NCBI GenBank assembly: GCA_012026655.1
Contig: JAAILG010000177.1
Location: forward strand, 1-64,000
DNA from: Hydrolagus affinis
Lineage: Eukaryota
Direction of reading: 5' to 3'
DNA length: 64,000 bases
Shown: in pieces, positions 26,216-40,180 of the stretch
Layout: the number at the start of each line of letters is the position of its first letter
How positions within the stretch are numbered: the stretch's first letter is position 1
The notes under the pieces: model-generated
Databases searched by the model: none
Seen by the model: only the letters and a program-made list of their open reading frames with translations
Told to the model about the DNA's origin: nothing
Position numbers and translations under genes: made by a program

Positions 26216-27175
26216 TCCATTCAATCACATAATTTTATTTGATTCAAATGAAAATCTCGAAGAATTATTTTTGCTGGTTACAAATAATAATGCAGAAAAA
26301 CATACATCACGGCCCAAATTTTGGTATCACACAGATTTCTGGGAGTGAATTGCAAAGATATAATCTGATTGAAGAGTTCAATTAGCGTAAAGAGACAGAT
26401 TTCATCAAAGTCACCGGAATACTAATCTTTAGGTTACGGTTTACGCTATGGATCTGTTTCAGTTTTTCTCCTGTGAATATAAAGGATTATCAAACTGAGG
26501 AATGCATGGACTGACGTCCAACAAAGGTCCTGTTCTCTACTCCTGTACTGTACCTTGACCCCATGCTAGTGGGGCATTCATCAATATAATCTTTTCCATT
26601 TTCCACACCAGCTATTTTTTATGGCATCTGTTTGCTGAGCACCGCCAAACTTACGTCGATTGCTCCTGTGCTGTGTGCTCTGGAGCAAAAAGGGATAAGA
26701 TTGAAATTGCCCAGGGTCATTTCTTAAGATTCTCACAGCTAGAGTGAGAGATTTGCAGCTCACAGGTGAAAGAAAAATCCAATTTCCAAATTATACACAA
26801 AGAAGACAATCATGCTTTGTTCTGATGGTTTTTGCAGCATAATAATTTGCAGATTACAGGAAAATACTTGGCAAACTATCCTGTTAAGTGACAAAACCAA
26901 ACTCTGTAGCGGATATATCTCACTTATTGCACTGATTCTTTCATATTCTGTTTGGAAAACATGTTTTGATTTACCACGTGTAATAAAGTTGCCAAACACT
27001 AACCTCACTATGATGACTATAAAATCCCATAAAGTAGTGAGCATTATGTTGTATTGTTGATGAATTTATTCCCCTTCATCACTGATCAGTATCATAATAA
27101 TATAATATAAATAAACAAATGATGATTTAATATAATATATCCAATATAATACCAGATTAGGCAGGATAGTCTTAT

Positions 27176-27477
27176 AGTCTTATAGCTCAGTAGTTAGAGC
27201 ACTCAGCTCGCAAGCGAGAGACCTGGGTTTGATTCCCAGCTGATCGAAACCTTGGGCAAGTTTCCTTACTCCACTTAATTCCTCAAGAAAAACAATAATA
27301 ATAATTTGGTCATTGAATCCATGGCTGTTTGTGGGACAAATCTGTGCTTGATTGGCTGCCATATTTCACCCACAAATACATAGTCAATTCACTTTACTAT
27401 ACATTCAGTGAAGCGCTTTGAGACGCCTCGAAGATGTGATAAGCGTTACATTAAATGCAAGGATTATTATTATTATT
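27176..27477 (+). mobile_element. Young tRNA-SINE, full length
   Basis: Family head, core and tail. Confidence 0.9.
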
Positions 27478-29644
27478 GCCGTTTTTCTTTTCCTCATTTA
27501 CACTGCTATCGAACCTTAATGAGTTAAAATGCTACCAAAAGACATTGCATTGGCTCCAACACTAGAGCTAAAACGTTCTATTGAATTTGGAGAATCGGTT
27601 TCAACATTATTCAGAATATCATCAATGCTGAAACGATGCGGGTTTACAACGACCTCGGCCATTAAGAGAAGTGACAAGCACAGGACACTGCAATATCCAA
27701 GAATGAATCAACCTGGTCTCTCCCAACAAAGCTGAAGGAGGAAAACTTAACAATTGGGGAAACCAAAACCTGGGAACTGATCCCCTGCCTCCAGTCTTTC
27801 TGCCACAGGTGCACTTACTTAGGGGGAAATATATCTACATAGGAAAAATATAACAAGATCCAAGTAAAATAATAAATAATGACTACGTCAAATCAATTTC
27901 AAATAACAGTCGATAGAACTGTTGAAGGTCAGTTTAATTACTTTGCTTATAAAAAATGTTATGATGTCTTTCTTTGGTAGTAACTCCTATTAAACAACAC
28001 CCCTATGGCCTATTTACTGGAGCGATAGCAAAGATTTGTAGTTATTGTATTACCATCAATCTCAAAGAATTATTAATTTAAAAATGTCCCAAACACAAGC
28101 TTCAAGATGCAGCCCAACGCTAGGAGTTCTTTGCTATTTGACAATCTGTATTATATAAATTGGTTTCCTTGCTGATTTTTTCCAGGTAATTTTCACATTT
28201 CCTCATCCTCGCTCCAGAACTCAGTTCAATATTTGAAAGCTTCTAATCAGAATAGTTAATTTTGTAACAGTGTTCGCATTCCCTTTCTATATATGGGGTG
28301 AATGTCAAATTTCTGTATAAATCCAAATCATACATAGAAATATAGATTAGAGAGAGATAGGTCATTTCGTCCAATTTGCCATTTTATTCATTGTCTTATT
28401 TCCTTATTAGATATTAGATACTATAGTAAACCTTCACTAATTTTGCATTTAAAGTTCTGCATTGCATAAAACTGAAAGCTGTTCTCTGGGAGAGAAGTTC
28501 ACAAGGAATTCTCAGAAGAAAAGCTCCACACACTACTTCTCTTGTCTGCTAAACTTCTCTCCCGGACAGCAGCTTCCAGTTCCCTGCAATGCAGAACTTC
28601 AAATGCAAAATTAGCCGAGGTTGACATAGTATCTAAGAGGTTATGGGTAGCATGCATTCTCGCACCAGCAGAATTTCTTACTGATTTTCTTTCCATTATC
28701 TCAACAATCATTGAGGTCAATTTCATGAGACATCAGTGCTCGTTAAAGGTGCCTCCTGCTGCACTGGGCTGTTTTGTTACCTGATAATTTATTGTGTCAG
28801 TGCAGGAAGAAACATTGAGTTTCTAGCAATCGGCAAATGAGATGCACAAGTTCCCTTCGCCTGAAAACGATCAAACATATATAGTTAGAAGTCTAGGCAT
28901 CCTGGTAAGGAATGATTAGAAGACTAGAAGTGTCATTACTTACTGTAATTACTCTCAGCCCAGAAGCAACATCTCCTGTAATCATTCCTGAGCTCGTCTT
29001 AGCCTCACTTATTACATTATTTTACAGATACTGTAGCATCGGTATTCTATCGGTGCTCTCTGAAACAATTTGCTTATCTACTTCTGTTCTAGGCTTCTGC
29101 CAAAAGCTCCCAGTTAAACCCAAAGTGACTAAATACGAGGTCATTTAGATGTTCAGGAGTTAGTGCACTATATTAAAGCATTTTCATTGTCTTGCTGACA
29201 AATCCAGCAGTAATTGGAATTCAATTCTATTTTTAAAATAATTATTTGGTGTAATTTAATCCCAAACACAGATTGCTCTGTCCAGCGTATTGAACCCTAT
29301 TGTAGTATTGAAGGCTTCATTTTGGAATTGTAATACAGTATTGTTGTTTGACCTGTCTTTAGCAGTCGCCTGATTTCAGCACGTGCGTTTCACCCAGTAA
29401 AAGACAGGAGCCAATATTTAAAATTCTTCACTGTGTCCTTATTTTACAATCGAGCATCTCTGGAGATGCAATTTCCCAGCATCAAGTTTACTAGAGAAAC
29501 AATGTACAGTACAGTACAGTGAAGGAAGCAATGTCATGTGTTACATTTCACCACAGGGTATCCACACGCAGCACAGAACAATATCCGGAGAATCCAATTC
29601 TGAAATCTACATTGTAATCCACAAGTTTGTTTAGGGTATGCTTT

Positions 29645-30130
29645 GAACCATACATAGAATTAGATATATAGATTTGTGTACAGCACTGAAACACGCCATT
29701 AGTCCAACTGGTCTTTGCCAACATTTATACTCCACAGAAGCTTCCACACATCCTCGTCCCTAAGCTCTCCCCCATATCTCTTTACCCCATGTCATTTCTG
29801 TATACATAGAGCTTACAATTAAATGTATCCATGCATCCTGGTTCAATCGCAGCTTGTGGACATGATTTCCACAATCTCAACAATAACAACAATAATTTGG
29901 GATTTATATAGAAAGAACCCTTCAAGTAGGGTAGCATTTGATGCTTGATGCTGAGCTGGGGAGAGGAGGGAGGTGGTGACCATAGGCAGAATCAAAGAGG
30001 AATGTCTTCAGATGTGATTGAAAGACGGGGAAAGAAGTTCCCTTGTATGTAAAGAAGGTCCTCCGAAATTCTCTGCTCCATGTGTTTGTGGCTATTTATA
30101 TCTTTGCTCCTTGTATCTTTATATCTTTGC
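29645..30130 (-). mobile_element. Old CR1 3' fragment interrupted by an L2 tail (~29878-30040)
   Basis: CR1-like ...ttccacaatctcaa breaks at caataacaac and resumes at cccttgtatgtaaagaag. Confidence 0.55.
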
Positions 30131-32764
30131 TCCAGCCCAGGAACACAAGCTCACTCACAGGTTCAGGCTTCAGTTGAATCCACCTGAACTCAAATAATTT
30201 CTCAACTTGATTTTAATTGGGCTTTTCTTTTATAAAGACTGCCTCTTTTCAACAGTGCGTATTTTTACTTGTATCTGCAATTTGTGTATGGCTTACTTAA
30301 CAAAATATAATGAGGAAAATATCTGACTGAAGTTTAAGTTAACAAAACATTGGCCCTCACCTCATTACACATGGCCTTCAATTAAATTATTGTAACTTTC
30401 ATCCCAAAATTATAGGAACACCTAGATTCATACAGAAGAATTTTTGTCCAGTGGATATCTCACACCATCGGTCACGTGTCTGACACATGTGGTAACTCAT
30501 CGCTGTGCTTAAAGAGTATCCAAGCCAGACCGTACAAAGATCTATACATCCCATCTACACATGGACATTTCCGTCACTTGAATGGAATGCTCTAAACTCT
30601 AAACTATAAATCCTTACCCTTTCCAATCTAAATACTCATAGGTAAACTAAACAAACACATTGTACCAATGCTAATTTTGTTTCTAGATATCAAACTCTGA
30701 GCCAAGTGCCCTTGTATACAGCATCCATTCTCAAACGGCATCAAAAGAGCAATGTATATTACTGTACTACATACTACAAAACAGCACAGTTATTTACTTT
30801 GCTCAAAGAAGTATCAAAATCTAGACAAACAGTCATGTTGTCGGTCGAACATGGACCAGTTCAGGATTGAAACTTGCAGCCGCCTGAACAAATAAGCCGG
30901 TTGTGGCAGAAAATCAATAACAGATTAATTCTTGTTTTCTTCCTACAATGTCACCTTGTGTTGTGTTAACACATGTGGATGTACATTTCATATACAAACA
31001 AAACTCAAGCTGTTGAGTTGTTCCTGTGACAAAATTAGAGGGCAATTCATTTGCTCTGTTACAGAAGTGTGCACTGAGGCATGTCAGCAGGAAGGCTAAT
31101 TAGACCCTTTTGCACGTGATATGCACCAGAATACCTTGCAGGTGAGCAATACCTCCTTTCATTTCCAGTGACAGTCACCCCCACAGGAACAACTGTGCTA
31201 TCCAGATTATTTTTAAACCTGCATTCAGTTTATTAAAAAAAAATCATATAAGTCAATGGTCTGTGTGTATTAATAAAATGATTAGTGTTCATACAAACAA
31301 AATAACTGCTTAGTTGTTCAATTTTGTGTGCTATTAATTGAACATTATTCTAGAGCTGGGGCAAACTTTGTTCCACTCTGTTGGGAGTAAATCAAGGGAC
31401 CTGTTTTAAGGGCCACTTTCCCTCACAAAAGCACAAGATTTGCTCTGTTTAGCCAATATTGTTCCAATTGTTTCAGCGACAAGACAGTACATATGTCAGC
31501 ACTACTGGCATACGTCCTTGCCCTGTTGTGTTAAGCAGGCTGTTCTGCCCTTTGTCTGCAAGTAGAAAGCTGTTATTATTGGAATCCAATGTTATTGGTA
31601 TTCCGATGATAGCAAGCATTGAACATTCATTCCTATTCTTTACTTATCACCTGGGAGACAACAAATACAAAGTGCTGATTGATAATCACCAAACAGCACA
31701 ATAACATTTGGATATTAGTTTCACTTTCATATTCAATCCAATATGTTCAATTCTGCATAAACCATATCATGTAAAAATGAGGCAAGTAGCCAAATCCTGC
31801 TTTCTGGTGAATTGATAAACCTCTTAGGGCCAGATTAGTCTGTTATGGGCCTGGGCACAAAAAGCTTTGTGGGTCCCCATTTTCATGTGCTCTGTTTGCA
31901 AGTATTGGGCCAGGTGGTCGCTCAGCTCCTTGAAAGGGCTTGGAATTGTGTAAATTAGCACTGTTGATTCCTCGAGGGCACTTGGCAGCCATTCACAGGA
32001 CCACCTGGCAGCCAATTGCAAACAGCCAAATGTGGGACATTCGGGAAATTTACTGATTTCTGGTATAGCCAGTCTGCCGCTGAATGGTCCTTTCCAAGTG
32101 TGGACTGGTGCCATGGTGCCTTAAGCACCATTGTTAATTCACCACTGATCAGACATGTCAAGAGTAGATAAATGAGAAACTTGTAGATTCTGCGCTACAT
32201 CATACATGCCCAAAGCAGACATTGACTCGTGAATAAGGAGCCCATTTAGATAAATTACATTTACAATAGTTGTGAGGGCAATTCGCAGCTTCTCTCTCAG
32301 GATCAATAAGGATACAATGCCGTGTTGACAACCGAGTCTCCGAGGGACAATGTGACAGATTCCCAATTGAATTTTACTTTGGGAAGAAAACAAAGCGTTT
32401 TGATCTGTTACCACAGCATTCAATTACATGTCCCTGGTCACTGGTGATTCCTATAATCTGGTAGATGTAGTTTAGATTGCTTCAATTGTCATTCAATTTC
32501 TCACCAAAATGCAGCCTGGACAATCCTGACCAAAACCTAGGTGGCAAACCTGGATATAACACCGAAAGGCTGGGTCAAATAAAACAATCCTTTGCAGATA
32601 ATGTCAGATGTTTCAATGGATCTCCAGCAATTGATTTTTTCCTGCAGCCCTGTTCCTTGATGATGAGAAGACCTTTAATCAAAGTGAGTGAAATATCTAT
32701 TTTATGTTTTACCAGTTTGGCCCTCTGTTCATCAAATGGTTCATTAGCTCATGCAAGAACATGT

Positions 32765-32878
32765 GTTTCACCCACAAAACACGTAGACAATTCACTTTAC
32801 CATATATTCTGTGAAGCGCTTTGAAATGTCTCAACAACATCATAAGGCACTCTATTGAATGCAAGGATTATTATTAAT
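32765..32878 (+). mobile_element. Young tRNA-SINE, 3' tail
   Basis: aattcacttta...ctgtgaagcgctttga...gcaaggattattatta. Confidence 0.8.
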
Positions 32879-34782
32879 TATTCTTAACCAGTGATCTTCC
32901 ATAAAGATTATAAGCACGGTTTCTTAGCCAATGCATTTGAGGTAATCAGATTCACATTTACCCTCTTTATTTTTATTGCTGTAAGGATCACAAGCCTCCA
33001 GGGCAAAATTAAATTCTAAACTCACTGCATCCCACTGCGATACACTGAGTTAGATCTGATGGTTTGGACATCTCTCCTTTGTAGAAATATAAAAGGATCA
33101 AACAAATGACCAGAAAATAGCTACCCGGTATTTAATTGCACAATTATGAAAATATTAAATAACTAAGTTGAGTGAGAGTGGATGTATACTCTTTAGCAGA
33201 ACTGCAGCTCCTTTGTAGACAATGATTTACTTAAAGATCTACAAATCAGCCACATCACTTTGCTTTAATGGGTAGAGGTTTCTCTGCCTGAATACAAAGC
33301 CTAAAAATATAAATTGTGGAATAGATGTTCAAGGTCTCCGGAATCCCAGTCATGGCATGGATGCAGGTATGCTTCTTTTTAAGTCCTGCAGAGATTGGGA
33401 TTCCAAATTAATGCTCTATTTAACATTTGTTTCCACAATTCTGCACCATCTCAAATTTTAAGACACCTAAATCTTATAGGCTGGGACTGAATGTAAGTTT
33501 GTATTTATAGTACTTAAATATTACCTTGACTTTGCTGGAATATTCAATGGCAGGAGCCTTACCTTACGACTTTAGACTGATGGCAGAAAATCTGTTTAAG
33601 TGGCAAGTGCTGCTATGAGTTTGTGGAATCAAGTATTGCATTTTATGTCTGATTGAGGAAGTCATAAGAAGAGGATACTCTATTACTTGGTAGGGATGAG
33701 GCAATAAAGGCGGTCTTCTTCCATGACTACCAAACTCATAAAGCCTATGTACTTATGCAATGGAGTAAATTGGCTTTTACATTGAGCAGCCTGCAAAGTA
33801 ATTACTTTTTCCACTGTCATTCTCCCATCTTACAAAAAAATGATGTGCTCCTTCTCAACAAACACTTGATGCTATTAGATCTCAGACAATGATACTGGAG
33901 TCTGCAACAACAGCGCCAACAGTTCAACATGACTAAAATACAGATCAGTTTTGCAATACAGGATTAGTTTTTACCTTTAATGAATCACCAATGAGATGGC
34001 TTTGTCGCACTCCACGTGAAAGTACAGGCAGGATAAAAGGCTCTCAACCATATGAGTTCTAGCACTGAAATACATTACTAAACCTCAATCTAAATCTCAA
34101 TCATGATGATCCTGGCAGTGCTAAGATATAAATAAATTCTACCCAAAAGACACATCATTGGCTTCTTCATAAGGATATTATTTTAAAGGTAAAATCAAAT
34201 AGCTTCACTCTCTCCAAACTCTGATACTGAAGTTAAGTGGTGGGAACTCTGGATCAAGATCGGACATCAGTATGCAAACAGCTTTGCTGTTAAAACATGT
34301 ACTGTATAGTATATATCAATCAAGGCTGCAATACAAGTTCTTAACATGTAAATAGTTTATAGTAACAAATTAGGGGACACTGTACCTTCAGCACCAAGGA
34401 TTGTTATTTCCGAAATTGACATGATTAATAACAAATATTGAATGGTTGCCTAGATTGATTGCAGCTATTAGAGAACTATAGTGATGTTTTTAGAAATGTT
34501 ATTGGCAAGTTTGATCCATATCAGCTGCAAAACATGCAGGTCATTATCGCGTCACATATTTCATCCGTAATATGATTTGACTCCTGACATTTACATACAT
34601 TGGATCCCAGCCAGGTGAAGGTGCCACAAATAGGGGAACCTAATTTTCTTTTTCACATGAATTCAGATATTTATTATTCAAAACAGTGTCTAAAGTAATC
34701 AACATTCGGTCCATTTGATGAGATTGCATACGTCAAATACGCTTCAAAACTGCCACCTGGAGATTTGAAAGCCAAATATGTT

Positions 34783-34845
34783 TTTAGTAAAACTTTTAGT
34801 AAAACTTAAACTTAAAACTTAAACTTAAACTTAAAACTTAAACTC
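34783..34845. repeat. (AAACTT/AAAACTT)n tandem repeat
   Basis: Directly visible. Confidence 0.9.
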
Positions 34846-37524
34846 ATCTTTTTTCTATGTCTTTTTTAAATTTATTGTTCTCTGATACTGGGAATGTTTT
34901 GAAAATGGTCTATTCCACTTGGATATTTTTGACTTATTCTATACTTTATCAAAAAGGCTGAATTAAAGCCCGCAATGATTCTAAATTACTCTTTTAACCA
35001 CATTATATCCAAACTAATAAAATTATGTATTTATAAAAATATTTTAATATGTTGGATTTTTGAATCGTTCCTTAATTGAATCAAATGCTTTGAAATGTCC
35101 TCCTGAAGTGAAAGGCGCTATATAAATGTAAATTCTATTGAACGCTTTGGTAAAGCAATACTCTAAAAATACACATCTATTGCAATACACAACAGATAAT
35201 TGCACAAATTATTTGTAAATTTATATTGCTGGGGTAATGATATGATGTGCCCAACCTCCCTGCTCAGGTCCAAATCCCAGACTATCCCTGACTAACCTCC
35301 TGATGTGAAAGGCGCTTTACAAATGTAATTTTGTATTCTAATACTTTCAGGAATTAGGTAAAAAGGATGTGTCCCTCCAGGGAGTGAGTGCATGTTCAAT
35401 TCCAGTAATCTATCTCTGGAATTTCCATGTGTAGGTGGGATGCATGGAATTCTCAGTTTGGGTTGGATACTCATATATGGTGATAAGTTTCCGCATGTGT
35501 CAGACTCCCAGTTGATCCAGCTGACCCCCAAAAATGTGATTGAAATAAGAACTGCATGACCAGGGCATTGTGTTTACTCAAGGTGTTCTTATGCTATAAT
35601 AATTGCTTTGTGGTTAACAAAAAAGGCACCTATCTTTTGAATTTGGGCATGTCAATGTTTCATAACAGCTATAGTACATGCTATAAACTAATTACAGGGT
35701 AGAAGAAAGATTTCTTTTTCAAAACTCTGTTATGACACACTTATATAATCCCACCATCATTTGTCCTTTACTTTATTCCTAACATGATGAGCTCCTACAA
35801 AGGCAAAGTATGCATAGCCTATCCTCATGGTAAATTGAATACGATTATATGTCGCACATTCTCTTCCTATCCTTCTCATTGCTGCTTTTTTCCCCTTGGT
35901 TTGTTCTTCAGTTTTTAATCACTCTTCCCCCAGGCTTAACATACCATTAATTCCACCCCACAATTGTTGCTGCTCTTCATCGTTTTGAACTATCTTTCTC
36001 TATAGTCAATCACCCACCCACTCTGTATATCTTATGATTGCAACTCTCCCCCATCATTTTTTTTGTTCATAATTACTAGTGTCTCTAGTCTGTACTTTTC
36101 ATCATTCCACAAACTCCCATAGATGTGTTCTTGTAATTATCTTTCTCTTTTCAGGCTCTGCCTCTGTTTCTCACCTCTATCCCACTTTGTCTCTTCAAGC
36201 AATTTTTCAGATGATTTCCCAACCTAACTCATGAGAATTTGACAAGCAGCATTTTCCTCTCACCCAGCATCAAGCCCATAGATAGGCAAATGCACACAGT
36301 CCTTTTACAGCCTCTCTAATCATTGTTTCATCAACGTCATAATAATACTTTCATTTCATATAGCGCCTTATTGCATCATTGTGGCAACTCAAAGCATTTA
36401 CATATGGGTAGCACACCTTGCTCCTCAGACCCCACTTGAGGTGTGGTATAAATATGATACACAACATTGAAACAAACAATATGGGCGAACCTAAAGACGC
36501 GTTATAATATCAATTTGCAATTAACATTGCAATCCAATAGACTGCTTCAGGATAATTCACTGAGAGTTTTGTGTATCCATTTCTCAATGTTTATTTGAAA
36601 GGAGCCAGTGGAAGCAAATATTCCATTGTGTGCATAACAACATGGTTACTGTAGAGGAAGTCACGTTTGTTATTCCAGCTGAAATGCTGTATGTGAAATG
36701 ATTAGACCCTATATTATGCACTACCGAGTAGGATTAAAGTGGTTGATGCGTGTGTGAGTGTCTTTTAAATACCACAGGGCACCCTACCCAGAGATAAGTG
36801 TAATAAGGCCAGTTAATAACCTTTAACCTATGTCTAGATAATGCACATTGCATTTATGGGAACATTCATTTGCAGGAAACATTTGCTCAGGGATCAATGA
36901 ATTCCCCATAGGAAGGAAATGTTTTGCTCTCAATGGGGATGTTCATATTAAAACAGCAGTCCTCCTTTCTGGCGCCACTAGAAATACGAAAAAAAAGTGA
37001 TGAATGATATCTCCCTGACCGGATTCTGTGAATGGTCCGAAGTGCGTTTCTCTTACTTCATTTCTCAAGGACAGTGTCATTATCTTGGGCAGTTTGACAG
37101 CAGGCACAGTAACTGCAAGCAAGAGCCTGCCTCACTGAGGGGCTGCGTTCCAGTCGTAAGCAAACCAGTCACGTGAAGCCAGACCTGTCAAATACATTGC
37201 AATCTCATTCCGAGTGCTGCTGCTGTATTTTTGAGAGATCTAAATGAGTTTAACTATATTTAAATATTCCAGATTCCGCTACCTGTATTCAAGTTGTCGA
37301 ATGTAGCACTCGTTCTTTAATAACTAACTATGCAACGACCAATAACACTACACGGAAACTGTAAACTGCCCAGTGTACCCTGATATTTAATCAGTTAAGG
37401 AATCTACCCTCTGTAAATGTTTCCTACTCCTGAATGCAAATGTTAATCCCTGTTCACTGTTAGCAGCAAATGATAACATGACGCTATAATCTGCATCGCC
37501 GCCTCTTGCTGTTATGCTCAAATT

Positions 37525-37745
37525 CACAGACTTTCAGGGATAGGATCAAACAGTGAGTTAGCACACCATGCTTTCAACTCAAGCTTTGGAATTTGAAACC
37601 AGTGCCTTTGAGTTGTGCAATCACTGTCCAAGTCAAATGGTCTCTTTATAACCACATCAGTTGTGCCTTTTATCATGTCAAAAACCTGAATCACATTCCT
37701 TTTGATACTCATTTTTTCAATGAGGACAAGTTCAGCTTTATGGAG
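37525..37745 (-). mobile_element. Old CR1 fragment
   Basis: Minus ORF IKRNVIQVFDMIKG...QRHWFQI resembles the CR1 motif RGDLIEVYKIMKG...TRGHSLKL. Confidence 0.55.
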
Positions 37746-38642
37746 CATCTCTTTATAACCTACATCGCATACATACATACATACGTATGTCATATAAATA
37801 CATAAGAGAGAGAACAACCATAACTCACTTTAACCTGCACCGTTTGTGAGTCCTTTATCTTCACACCATCATTGGCTTATTTCTTCCCATACGCAGTTCC
37901 CAAAAAGGCATTGTATCCATTACTCTATCTCTTGACTGTGTTTCTGTGGCAACGGGCAAATGGAGATCGGAATAGAAGAAAATTGCACCAGCAGGAAAAA
38001 CATTGTGTTGGTTTAGTGTAAGTAAGGCATCCCTGAACATTTCTTTCATAACTACTCAGTAGCAAATTACAGTAATCTGAGCATTATTTTTAAGACTAAA
38101 ATGGTTATAACTAGACAGATGGCTGACTTCAGGCTTGTGCATGGGTTCAAGACCCACATCAGGCCAGCGTACAGTAGCAGATTATTAAGTGAAGCACACT
38201 GCCACATGTGATGGGTGATTTAACCAAGAGACTTGTGAGCCTCTTATCTATATTAGAGTGCATTCAGCCTATGATCCCTTTGGGCAAAACATTAAGGCAG
38301 TTGAACAGTAAAGCCTCTTAAGTACAAATGATTGCTGTTAAACAACAGAAAAACAGAAAAGACTGCAGTTAAATCATATGACGGCTGGTAATTTATCTTG
38401 ATGCATCTCCAGTCACTGCTGTTTACATTTTTTAAATTTCACCTAAGCTGCAGTACATCATTTGAAACAATTTGACGTAATATTTATCATATCCAGAGCG
38501 ATTTCAGGGATAAAAAGGGTTAGCGTTGTAATGTTTTTTGTTCTGCAAAAGATCCTTGATTAAGCCACTTCCTGATTATGCGTTGGAGTCAGCCAGTCAG
38601 AAATAGCGTCTATATCTTCTTACCGCAGATGACAAGTCCATA

Positions 38643-38992
38643 TTAATAATAATCCTTGCATTTGATATAGCTCATTATCACGTCATTCAGGCATCTCAAA
38701 AAGTTTCACAGAATATAAAGTAAAGGGAATTGACTGTACATTTTGTGGGAAAAATGTGGCAGCCAATTGCTTACAGTAGTGTCCTACAAAAAGTAGTGGA
38801 TTGAGTGACCAAATTATTATTTATTTATATTTTGGGAGGAGTTATTACGCCAATCCGCCAATCGACCAGCAACCAGGTTCTTGCTTACTGCTCGGTAAAC
38901 AAAGGTGTGTGAAGTAAGGAAACCTGCCTAAGGTTTCACCCTGCCCAGGAAACTTGCAAGGCGAGTGCTCTAACCATTATATCACAGGATTC
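38643..38992 (-). mobile_element. tRNA-SINE, long variant with an extra ~55 bp internal segment
   Basis: Family head and tail, plus a segment at ~38850-38905 that the other copies lack. Confidence 0.85.
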
Positions 38993-39785
38993 CACTGAGT
39001 ACATGCAGTAAAACTTTATATCTACAGAGAGTGAAAATACATGCCAGGCCATAAGTCAGAACAGCGCAAGCAATATACTACGTGGTAGATCAGATACATT
39101 GCATTTGAAACTATCTGATCAATGCACATTGTCAGGCTTGTTGCTATCAGCTGTTGATTGTACAGAACTAAGCAAGCCAAATCCTCCAACCAAATCAGTT
39201 ACGCCATGAAAAAAGATTCCAAAAGATTCATTAGACACGATCAATGGCGTCTCAATTCATGTTCCCTTCTTACAGTGTGTATACTGTTCAGTTGTTCATT
39301 GATAGAATACTGCGCAATGCTGTCAAACCTTTTCTCCAATACACATGTTAGGCTAACAGATCTTTAATTTTTACATTGTGTCTCATAGATAGAGCTTCGA
39401 TTATAGCTTGGATGGGTTCTAAATGTACATATCCAAAAAATGCCATCCTCCATCAAAACACTATCTATTCTGTAAAAGGGCAGACTACAATCACCGCACT
39501 CTCTAGTCAGTAGCTTCTCTGAACTTCACACCTCTGCACAGTTAAAAATTCCATATAATTTATTAAATTGCATCAAATTGACATGACACTTACATCTGAA
39601 ATGTGATTTATTTATATCTCTGATCATATTAAATCTGGAAGAATTACCAACTGTGCAGTGCAGCAAAAACAGATCCCATTACAGCAATATTTTCACTTCA
39701 ATGACAACATCAATAATACCTACACTGCCATCTGATAATAACTCTGGAAGGCTGCTGTTGATTGATTCACATGTAACAAATAACA

Positions 39786-40180
39786 ATAATAATAATCCCT
39801 GCATTTGAAATGGCGCTTTTCACGTCTTCTAGACGTCTCGAAGCACTTCACTGTACTGTAAAGTGAATTGACAGAAGGAGGCCATTCAGCCCATTGTGTC
39901 TTTGCCTGCTTTTTGAAAAGAGCTGTCCAAATCAATCCCCCATAGCCCTGCAAGCCTGCCCTTCCCAAATAACTATCTACTTCTCCCTTAAATTGTCTTC
40001 CACCACTTGTCAGGCAATGCATTCCAGATCCGAAAAATTCACTAAATGAAAAAAGAATTCCTCACCTCTCCTCTGTTTTTTTTTAACAACCATTTTAAAT
40101 TGGTATCCTCTGGTTACCGACCCACTCGCCAGTGGAAATAGTTTCTTTTTGTTCACTCTATCAAATTCCCTCAAATTCTT
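39786..40180 (-). mobile_element. SINE tail (39786-39871) abutting a CR1 3' fragment (39872-40180)
   Basis: SINE tail switches directly to gaaggaggccattcagccc, the reverse complement of a CR1 3' end, and continues into CR1 C-terminal coding remnant. Confidence 0.75.

Noticed and set aside
31920-32130. GC-richer segments, also at 18560-19000 and 55850-56030, as exons or ncRNA
   Set aside because: No splice or ORF support; probably old unclassified repeats that I cannot identify.
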